Part shown: positions 51,804 through 62,170 of the stretch, in pieces
Layout of the letters: each line of letters opens with the position of its first letter
Position numbering within the stretch: position 1 is the stretch's first letter
Assembly (NCBI RefSeq): GCF_018977255.1
Contig: NW_024704743.1
Coordinates: 96,226,001 to 96,290,000, forward strand
Direction: 5' to 3'
Length of the DNA: 64,000 nucleotides
Source of the DNA: Callorhinchus milii
Lineage: Eukaryota
Notes under the pieces: generated by a model
Database searches by the model: none
Seen by the model: only the letters and a program-made list of their open reading frames with translations
What the model was told of the DNA's origin: nothing
Translations under genes and position numbers: made by a program

Positions 51804-52747
51804 ATTTTTGTGAGCTTTTGTGAATTGTTCATCCTGATATATAGGAGTGGAAAATGGGACATTTTATAACAGATTTGAATGTGATAATTGTGAAACACAA
51901 CATCTTTCACCCCACAAGTTCTGCTGATAGCAATAAAGAAAGAAGAAGTGGATGAATGGTCTAGTTAATGTGATCACTGTCCTTTTCCTCTGGGACCTGA
52001 ATTACCATCCAGCTAAGTTGCTGGCCTGAAATCATCTTTTTCTCCTGTCTACAAAAGATTCATAATGGAAATGAATCTAAGTAATTTCAACTGGTTATGG
52101 TCCCACAATTCAAATCTGCTTATAATTCAGCACTAAATGGACAGTCTCACAGAAAGAACCCACAAAGCCTGACATGGGAAATTGAAATGCAATAGGAGGC
52201 AGTCTTCTAAGGCTAAGGAAGTGAAACATTATTAAGCCAGTGTAAAGATATCTTCACCCTGTATCTAACCTTTGCTGAAATAACTCATCTTGGAGTGTTT
52301 TCTTTTGCAATAAACATTATGTCCAAAATTCTAGTCTTAGCTCATAAGAAAAATCTGTCGTAAAGCTTAAGATTGTGCAATTTTGTGGGAAATTCTTTTT
52401 AAGATCTGTGAAAAAACAACTTTGATCTTCAGTGAACATCCTCAAATTTCTCCTCCTTTCCTCGCTGCTCTTTGACCACGCCCTTGGGCATCTTTCCACT
52501 CCCACCCCCACGGCTGTCAACCAAGCCAGGACTGTTAAGTGCCTTGGGACGTCCTTCTGACATGGAAGTCCAACTAAATAAATGTAAATTTGTATTGTAT
52601 TGTTTTGCTCATCTTTATGCAGCACTTTGTAACTTTCTTCCCATATTCATAAAGGTACCGTATAAGTGCAAGTTGTTTTTGTTTCTTAAACTCACCATGA
52701 CTTATTTGGATGTGAAAATAAGTGAAGTGACTGTTATTTTTCTGCAG

Positions 52748-52939
52748 GTGATGATTGGTATCTATACCATTTGACGATCAATGTGTTGAGAGAGAGCTTC
52801 CCAGAGTGGACAATGCCGCTATATCCCTATTTGGCAACTGTATCTCCAGATGTTCCCAAGGGTACCCCTGTTTTCCAGCTTTCTGCTTGGGACTTCACTG
52901 AAGATGCCAATGATGGAATAGAATACTTTCTAAAAGAGG
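52748..52939 (+). CDS. Internal exon of a type III / neural-cadherin-like (DN-cadherin-like) classical cadherin; 192 bp, phase 1-1
   Basis: Acceptor ttattttctgcag|, donor |gtaaga; reads (G)DDWYLYHLTINVLRESFPEWTMPLYPYLATVSPDVPKGTPVFQLSAWDFTEDANDGIEYFLKE(G), a cadherin-repeat pattern P..GTPVF.L.A.D...I.Y.L. Confidence 0.88.
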
Positions 52940-54859
52940 GTAAGAGCGCACACAGAAAATAGTAACAATTTCTTGTAAGATTATTTATTTTTGCTATGAC
53001 AACTATCTCCTTTTTTTCGGTAAGGTATGTGTCATGGTTTTCATTTCTCTGCTCTCTCTCCCTGTCATTGTGTGTATTTCTCCCAATCCATTGTCCCTTC
53101 CAGTTTTCTCCCTGGAGGGGAAGGGCTTATGCTCTGCTGAATACCTACCCTCAAGCACGATCAGAAGGTTGTTGGTTCAGGAATGACTGGTGAAAGCCTG
53201 TGTCTTATCACTCAGTGGTAAATCTGCTCTCAGTGTTTGGACAACAACAACAACAAAATTACATTTATATAGCGCCTTTCTGAAAATTGCACCAGAGTCA
53301 GGAGAAGGATTTATTCTCTGCCAGTTTCTATCTTGTTGTATAATAAAGCAGTGGAGGGAATGGTGGAAAATATATCTAGCTCCTCATTTTGAATGTATTT
53401 CTGGAGATTAATGGAAGGTTTGCATGACTGAGCGGACTGGGAGCTGGAGAGATATTGGCTGAAACAACATTATACACACACTACACTATTTAATTTCACA
53501 CAGCCCCAGGAAGCCAGTTAAAAGATTCATGATTACTCAACACAATAGTTATTAACTATTACATCAAGATGATATTATCATAAAGATAATAGAAATCTGC
53601 AGCTTTAGCCTCACATTGAAGTACATGATATAGTATTTCCATTGAAAGTTCCTTTAGCTGAGAGTATGGGACATTATGGGCCATAGTCTTGTCTACTTCC
53701 TCCCCTCATACCCCTATTAGTAAGGCCCAGGGCCTCTTATCCAGCAGTCTGGGGAGGACTCTGGTCCAAGGCATGGTAAATAAATGACAGGTAGGCAGCC
53801 TTTGAATGGAAGCCATCACCATCTGGTGGGGAGGCAGGTCCTCTACCACCTGTGCCACTGGGTAGCTTTGACTGCATTTCTGAATAATAATAATTCCACC
53901 GAGTCTCTGTTTTACATGTGTTTTATTAATAAATGCTGCACAGATGGACGGATGGGAGGTTTGGTGGAAAATACAAAGGAAAAAAAAAGTAGCTGGCACT
54001 GCTATTGCAAAGCAATTTTGTCTTGAGAGATAGAGTTAGATCAGTGAAACGTGTTAAGGAGTCGGGAGGGTCAAAGTGAACATCACATGGCAGTTCTATG
54101 GGCCAGACCAGTTCTACTGTTTCCTCTCCCAGCTCTTGCAATACGCGGTGGTGGAATTATTGTGCGGTGGGGTATAACGGTCACTGGATGACTAGATGTA
54201 CGCTGAGAGATATTCAGGAGCTCTGCTACATTCAGTGCTATAATGTATTAATAATACCAGTCTATGAGCATGCTCTGGTCAACAGTTATTTATGTAGCTG
54301 GTTTCCTGCATTGAACATTTGTTTATTAAATCTTAGTCCTGTAGAACCAGTGCTTTGTTTTTTTCCATTTTTGACTAAATGCAGCTTTAAATTTAAGAGA
54401 GAATTGGATAGCTAATCGAAGGGTATGAGAGAATGGCGTAAGGTTTTTTTTTCACTTGGGAGAGACCAGATAGTTTCTAGTCCCGTGTGTCTGTATTAAA
54501 GGACTTACCAAAGTCATTTATGCTGAAAAGTTGCATTTATAAAAATGATGATTCATTTTGAAATGTTATCGGGTACTAATATAATATATAATAACTTCTG
54601 GAATACAGGTAAGTGAATTTGTTTACGATCACAGTGTAATGAATGGGACCCCAATGGCACCAGTCAGTGATGAAAGATAAATGAGTTTGTATAATCCAGG
54701 GATGTACTGCCTGCTCTTAAACCTTATTGTTTTAATGAACTCTGATGTTATTAATTTTCTTGTGTAGCTTGAGTGGGTGCAATGTTTATTTGATCAATCA
54801 AAGAATAATTAACATTTATAACTTACTTGATTTTTTAATGTTGATTAATTCACACACGA

Positions 54860-55280
54860 TTATTGCCCACTCTTGCCATGGTTTCCAAATGAGTCTTGGT
54901 TTGAAAATGCCACTCCAACATCAAAACTTTTAGCTCATAATCTAGGCTGACATAACTATACAATGCTGAGGGAGCACTGCAAGGTCAGAAGTGCATCCTT
55001 CGGATGAGAAGTTAAACTGAAATCCTACCTGCCTGTTCAGATAGATGTTAAAGATCCCATGGCACTTTTTGAAAAGAGAAGGGAGTTTCTCCAGGTGTCC
55101 TGGCCAACAAGCCCCAAATAAAATTGGTTAGTTACTCCATGGCTGTTTGTGAGACATTGCTGTGTACAAATTGGCTGCTGCATTTATCTATAAATACTGT
55201 CACTACACTTTACAGATACATTGTGATGCACTTTGAGACATTCTCAATACTATAGACCTTTATCAAATGCAAGGATTATG
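54860..55280 (+). mobile_element. Deu-domain SINE (family B)
   Basis: ttcggatgagaagttaaactga...gatgttaaagatcccatggcactttttgaaaagagaagggag...gtgtcctggccaac...tail. Confidence 0.85.
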
Positions 55281-56252
55281 TATTTGTTATAAGTTAATTC
55301 TGGATATTTCCCCATAGAAACATTACAGTAAAGCCTAGTTCTATCCTTGCTCAGTTGCTCAGTGTCCCTACACATTATTGCACATTCACCTTCCTTAGGG
55401 ATCTCTGTGAACCCAATGGGCTGTAAATAACAATAACAACTTGCCGGAATCCTGGCATATTTTTCCTTTTCCTAGTCTAAGGGTACTTGCAGAAAGCAAT
55501 TTTTAAACCCTAACTATCATGTCATCTGGGACACAGCTCAGCTGGAGATCAAACTTGGGACCTACCTGGTTTAGATGGTTCAGTGTAAATCCACTAAGCC
55601 ATCACGGGAAATTTGTAGAAGCCCCATGTTAAAGTACAATCACTGAGTACTAAGCAGCAGATTGTTCTGGATAAATCTAGAAAGAATGAAATCCTGCAAG
55701 CTTCAAGATGGGAACATCGCTAAGATGTCATTGTAATGAAAACACCCTTGGGTATCCCAGATTAGTTCATGCATAGAGGATATGTCCTGAGCAGTCTCCA
55801 GAATTGAGTCTAACCAGATAAATCTTGAGTAGAGTCACTGATCACAGAACCCGATGGGCCACAACCAACAACAACTTGCATTTATGTAGCGCTTTTCACT
55901 TACAGAACATCTTAAATCACTTGACTATTTGTTCATTGACTACTCATAATGCTCGAATTATATTGAAAATTGAAAAAAAAGTTTTCTCATACCTCAAGAA
56001 AGTCATCTGCATTTGGTCTGTGGAAATAATGATTTTCACTGATGTTCCCTCACGCGAAAGATAAAATTGAATTAATGTCTTCAAGTAGTCTTCCAAACAG
56101 CTTTGTGTCCCACTCAATGTTTGAAATCTAAAGGCATGCAAAGTGAATCTGTATAATGAGAATACGTTATCAGAATAATCCAGCAACTGAACACTCCTGT
56201 TTAGTTGCTTTCTCTTCGTGCACCTAACATGTCACAACTTTGGCACTTGCAG

Positions 56253-56478
56253 GCGGCGAAGCGCGATTCGAAGTTGACAGGAGCACAGGCATCATCAGGA
56301 CCACAGGCTTGACTCTGCTCAGACACAATGAATATGTGCTAACAGTGCTTGCTGTCGACAGACGAGGCAACAAAGGTCCTTATGCATCTATTTTCATTCT
56401 GGTCGGCTCCAGACCCCCACAGTTCACCAACGTGTCCTACAGTGTGTTTGTTTCTGAAAATAGCCCAGCAGGACAGAC
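56253..56478 (+). CDS. Next exon of the same cadherin; 226 bp, phase 1-2
   Basis: Acceptor cacttgcag|, donor |gtaagt; joins exon 52748-52939 in frame (G|GC); GEARFEVDRSTGIIRTTGLTLLRHNEYVLTVLAVDRRGNKGPYASIFILVGSRPPQFTNVSYSVFVSENSPAGQ. Confidence 0.92.
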
Positions 56479-57329
56479 GTAAGTAGCAACTGCCAGAGTC
56501 TATTAGTCTGAGGCAACTGGCTCAAACATTACCAATTGAAGTAGCTGTCACTTCTCTGAGTGCTTAGTTTGCCAGACAGCCTCAAAATATGTTTGACATC
56601 ACTTAATATCTACAGAAAGGACATTCCTAATATTGGTAAAGGGATCGCGTATGTGGCTGAACCATTTTATTTGATGCTTGGACTGTTGTTGTATCTTGGC
56701 TATTATATTATATGCCAATTTGAGGCAACAATGTCTCATCCACTAAAACTGATCTCCTGCAATTTATCTCAGATTCATAACAATGCCATTTCCAATAGGA
56801 CATATCAGAGCTTTATAAAAGTTGTAATGATTTATGTGTATGTGTCGCAATGTCTGCAGCACTATCATCCCTCAGGGATCTAGCCTGACAGAAATGTAGA
56901 ACAGCCTGATAGGTTTTCATCACCTGCTCCTCCCCCAGATGTAAAAAGGCCTGTAGAAGGTATTAGAATTACAGTGAACATAGAAACAGGAAGACCCAGT
57001 CACTGACAACAGTCATATCAGGCATCAGATTCAATAGGTAACAGAGTGCTATTTGCACAAAAATGCTGTTGGTAATTCGCTGGCTTATGCCGCAGAAAAA
57101 TGAAGCATTCTATTGCCTTGCAAATTAAACTTTCTTCTCCTTAAATATCTATATGGTGGTGATGATGGGATTTAAGTGCTCTAAGAATTTGTTATTTAGT
57201 ACTTTCTTATTAATTGTTAATAGTTACCACTGCAATGTAACCTGCCTACACTAGTGAATATTGTGGTTTAATTCTTGCTGATACATTGACTCCTCCCTCT
57301 AAAAAATTAATGTTGATCCAGTTTGAATT

Positions 57330-57640
57330 TTCCTATAATTTCTCCTCCTCTCCTGAAGCCTCTGACTCCTATGGGAATCCAGTTGAATAGGTACCGTCTG
57401 CCCTCCTGCACCGTGTTCCAACAGCCATTCTTTATTCATGAGCCTGGGCATGGGTGTCAGGAAGCTACTTGATCATCGGCACATCAGGGTGAAGCCTTAC
57501 CCTAAGCTACTCAAGACACGTGCATAGGAATGAGATCTCAAACTGATTTTACCCTCCAATTCCAGTGCCATTACTGGTCTGGTTACATAACTTACCATTG
57601 AAATGCCTAGGAGCTTCCTGATACTTACAGCTCAGCGGTG
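57330..57640 (-). mobile_element. AmnSINE2-like SINE
   Basis: tctcctcctctcctgaagcctctgactc...cagccattctttattcatgagcctgggc...gtgtcagg. Confidence 0.55.
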
Positions 57641-59689
57641 CTTTCAGACCTATTAAAATGATGTAACATGGCTTTAATAGATTTACACACATATAGAGAC
57701 AACTGATGGAAGTTTAGAGTTCTGTTTTGAATGTATTTATGCACATTTAATGTATATATTAGATGCCAGGGTAGGAATGAGCTTTGACTGTGAATGTCTC
57801 AGGTCTCATCGCTCTTCAGTTGTGTCGTAATTTTTCTCCCCTGGTACGGCCTAGATAAACATGTCATTTGGGGGAAGAACATTAATATATTTTTCTGTTG
57901 TTCTGATGATATCACACAAGTCTTAAATTTAAGTGGGTGTAAACCACCCACCAGAGAAAAGAAACACTCTTCACTTGATTATACGTTGGCGTGAGAATTA
58001 TTCAAGATGCTTTCTAGCTCTCCTCTCCTATTACATTGTTGTACTCCATTAGCATGAACCCATAGCACTAATGGACTCATGTTTACTTGAGCAGTTAATC
58101 TGGATGCATTCCAGCATAATAGCCATTTCATGGATCGCTTTGAAGTGTCCATTTCCAGCGAAATTTAAATTATAGCAAGATTTGAAACAAGTCAAAGTTA
58201 TTCTACTCTGAATAATGAAGCGTTGAATGGCTGTGTATGTTTTATGATATTGAACATTTGAAAGGCACATAGATATTTCTGTTAATTTCTTCTAATAAAA
58301 GTGTACCTGTGTACACAGTCTCAAACCAGCAAAGGGCGTTTAGTGTTCAAAGAAGTACTGGAAGCACTGTACATGGACACAGTTAAAAAGAAACGTAGAC
58401 AAAAAGTTCAGCTAGTTGTGATTATTCCTATAGTCTTTACAATGGAAAATTCATTGTAGGAGATTGTTTTATTTACATCCTCTATGATCCAGCCAAACTC
58501 AGCTCTCCTTACCAGTCTGCCCTTCCAGAAATACCTGTGATCCAACAAAAATCTTCTGATTTCCAACATTCTTCAACATTTTGCAATTTAAGATTGTGCT
58601 GAATTTTGGAAAATTCTTAAATTTAGTTTAATATGGAAGCAGTTTTCTGCAGTTCTGATGTGTTAAACAGTTGTTTGTTTTTTCTCAGTGACATGAAATG
58701 AAATATTTATTGAAGTAAAGAGTTAATTGAATAAATCATTGCTTATAACAGTCCTGAACAAGCTCCACTAGTACGAAAACTTAGTTATTTTCTTACAGGA
58801 GCCCAGTCCACGAGGCAGGCTTCAGGAAGCCTCTGCCATTTGCTGTGGTTAGGCTTGTTGTGTTCTGTCTATCTCACTCTTACATTTGCCATCAGATGAT
58901 TGAACGCCATCCTCATGTTCAGGCAGGACAATCTGAAGCCATTGGCAACACTGACCCAGCACATTACCTCCATCCAACCATTACTTCTTAGTCTCCATCG
59001 AGCAATGTTGCCTCCGGCCTAAAAAAAAATCCTGCAATGTTGCAAGACATAAAGTACTAAGGGCATCTCTCCAACACTTTTCAGCATGACTCTCCTGTCT
59101 CTCCACTCTATGTTGACACTGGTATTTCCTGTTGAGAGCACCATATATATGGCCACCACATCAAGGGGAAATTATCACTTTGTGCTTGTTGAACTGGGGT
59201 CACAGTGCCCTTGGGCACTGGCTTCCGATTTGGCTATGGACTGGACAGCAAATTTTAACTCTTCTGGAGAATATCACTTAAATAATGCAGTTTTCATCTG
59301 TTGATGTTTTGCCACAAAAAGGTTTTATAGAATGAGTCCAACAGACCCCTTTACTCCAGAACTGTTTTGCTGATGTAGTTTCCAGCCCAAAGTCCCTCAT
59401 TATATATCTGTGTCTGGGGCTTTAACCCTGGATTATTTTGAAGAATACATTGCTAACCATAGAATTTTAAGTATCTCAAGCTCAGAACTGACATACAAAC
59501 ATGAGTCAAAATGATGTTTAAATTTTCTTTATCGGTTAGCGAGGTTAGACCTGCTCACCCCCCATTAACCGAATTATACCGAAAAGTTCCACTTTGGGAA
59601 CGAGGGTTTGATGGTTTCTAAACATATCCCATTTTCCCATTGAAGAATGTTGTTGAGATGTCTTCAGCTCTTGCCTGAAGAGCAGCAAG

Positions 59690-60532
59690 GAGGCAGGGAA
59701 GGTGGTGGAGATAGGTGCGAGATAAGTCACTTTGAGCCCTCATGGAGATTTGACTCGTTGCCCACTTGAAGGGGACTAATTGACCTCCTCCTATCCTTCT
59801 CCCTGATGGCACCTTTGTTGATTGGTCTCCATCTTGTGCTGAAATAGGTCACATGGTCTTGTCCAGAGTATTTGCTAAACTTAATGCCACCGTTTAGATT
59901 TCGCTAGCCTGGCAGTTACTCCACCTCTACAGCTGAGATAAGCCTGTGAATGTACGTGATACCCTTAAGCCTTTAAACAGTTTGCTGAAGAGTCTCTGCG
60001 AGATGTTGGAGAGGATTGAGTGCACACCAGAGAGCAGAAGGAAGCAGATGAAGCTTCTGCCTTGAGGGCACAGCATTGCAAATCTGGAAACGGATTGGCA
60101 GACAGCCTCAGAAAATTCATTCACACTGACCAAAGTGACAGAATTGCAGTGGTAATGCTTTCATCTCCAAAACAAAATTGTACAGGTTTCTGGATGGCTG
60201 GAAAAGAATGTTCGGTGAACTGTACACGCAGCAAGTTATCTCTTAAAGGAGCCAGAAGCATGCATACAAATAAAACAGCACTGGTTTCTGTAGAGGTCAA
60301 AACCACTAGAACTGGGCTACTTCAGCTTGGTCACCTGCAGCTCAGGAGCATTTGTTGCTCTGACAAAACAGCAGGACCAGTTGTCCTGTCCCACTACTGT
60401 TCCAGGCCTCTGCTTATCTCATGGCCAGTTCGTACCAGACAATTCCTCAGATAGAGTGACCTGAAAGGTTCATTTTCTAGTGGCCCACACCAAGACACTG
60501 AGCTTGTTACCAAGAAAGGTTGAGAAACACAG
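59690..60532 (+). mobile_element. Possible highly decayed hAT (Charlie/Buster-like) transposase 3' half with right TIR
   Basis: Colinear remnants GKVVE, VFAKLN, GFW and ...LSH, then aaaggttgagaaacacag resembling a Charlie-type TIR; left TIR not found. Confidence 0.35.
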
Positions 60533-60650
60533 GTCAATAGTAAGCAATCACCACTTTTTACCACATTGTTGGCTAATGTGACAATTATCACTCGTGATAA
60601 TATCGCAGCAATTCCAATCTCCACCCCAACACACCTTCAAATTTTAAATT

Positions 60651-60896
60651 ATAATAATAATAATCCTTGCGTTTGATATAGTGCCTTGTGGTGCGCAATT
60701 GGCTGCCACGTTTCACCCACAAAATATACAGTCAATTCACTTTACAGTATTCTGTGAAGCGCTTTGAGACGTCTAGAAGATGTGAAAAGTCCTATATCAA
60801 ATGCAAGGATCATGATTATTATTATTATTACGTTGTTGAGATGTCTCAAAGCGCTTCACAGGATATACTGTTTTGTGGGCGAAATTATGCACAATT
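60651..60896 (-). mobile_element. SINE 3' portion containing an oppositely oriented SINE 3' portion (60688-60826, +)
   Basis: Minus-strand tail ...gatatagtgcctt| resumes at |attacgttgttgagatgtctcaaagcgc after the + strand insert. Confidence 0.8.
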
Positions 60897-61203
60897 TTGG
60901 AAGATTATTAAATTCATTCCTAATTTGGGATGATGTTGTCCTTAGTTCTCAAATCCATTTTTTATTATATTTTAGAGCAACTATTTTAAGGCTAAGAGCA
61001 TGAGAAATGTCAGGCCACAGAGGTGTTTTAAGAAGGGATTCACTCATAGTGACTCAATTACTAACAGGAAATATTATCAGTAACTGTATATGACCCTTTC
61101 ATGGGATCTCCGCAAACCACGAACTGCTCTTCGGAGCAGGAATTCTAGTAATTGAATGTATTGATTTACTGACAGGATCCCTCTTCAGAAACACTCAGTC
61201 ATT

Positions 61204-61566
61204 ATGGAATCCTGTAGCTTAGTGGTTAAAACACTCACCTCGCAAGCGAGAGGACATGGGTTTGATTCCCAGGCAGGGTGAAACGTTGGGCAAATTTCCT
61301 TACTCCACCTGCTTCTGTTCACCTAGCAGTTAGTAAGAACAGGTTGTTAGTTGATTGGCAGATCGTTTTACCGGAGTAATAATCCTTTTAAAAAAAAGAA
61401 ATTGGTCACTCTGGCTATTTGTGGGACACTGCTGTGCGCAATTGGATGCCGCGTTTCACCCACAAAACATACAGTCACTAGACTTTACAGTATATTTTGT
61501 GAAGCACTTTGTGACGTCTCTAGACATGATAAGGCATTATATCAAATGCAAGAAGTATTATTATTA
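61204..61566 (+). mobile_element. tRNA-derived SINE (family A), full length
   Basis: atggaatcctgtagcttagtggtt...ctcgcaagcgag...tail agtattattatta. Confidence 0.9.
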
Positions 61567-61737
61567 GTGAATCCTGATATAAACCTGCACTTTATTGACA
61601 CATTGTCTATCAAACCCATTGTCAAAGGCCATAACCCAATAATTGAGATGCTCAATGCTGGTATAAACCATACAGTGGTTTATGCACATCATTTCAAGAT
61701 TGTCTTAAATTCACTGCAAAGTAATTGCCATTGATTT

Positions 61738-62170
61738 TAATAATAATAATCCTTACATTTGATAAATGCGCCTTATCACATCGTTGAGACATTTCAAAGC
61801 ACTTCACAGCACTTCACAGGATATACTATAAAAAAATTTGGCTATGTCAAAAAACTTCATGTATAGTGATTGCTTTTTGTAGGTAAACACAGCAGGCATG
61901 CTGCACCAAGGGTAAAGTCCCACAAACAGCCATGAAGCAAAAGACCAGTTTATCTGGAGCATCTTTGCTGGTGACCAGAGCGCTGGAGAAACACTCCCTT
62001 CTGTCATGGGATCTTCAATGTCCATTGAATATCAGGCAGATAGAACTGTTCATAATATCTCATTGAAAGCATGACACATCTGACAATACAATGCTCCTCA
62101 AGTACTATGAGCTCAAGTCCTAAAGTGAGGCCTGAACCCACAATGACTTGGGACTTAGCACAGTTAGAGT
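61738..62170 (-). mobile_element. Deu-domain SINE (family B), degraded; followed by a + strand 3' half at about 62205-62415
   Basis: Tail taataataatccttacatttga; catgggatcttcaatgtcca; cctgaacccaca. Confidence 0.7.

Noticed and set aside
54530..54614. Small exon ending at ag|gtaagt
   Set aside because: Upstream sequence is AT-rich with no convincing acceptor or cadherin-like frame, and the two flanking exons already join in frame
58799..58991. Next cadherin exon after the acceptor-like ttttcttacag
   Set aside because: Phase-2 translation (SPVHEAGFRKPLPF...) has no cadherin features and there is no good donor
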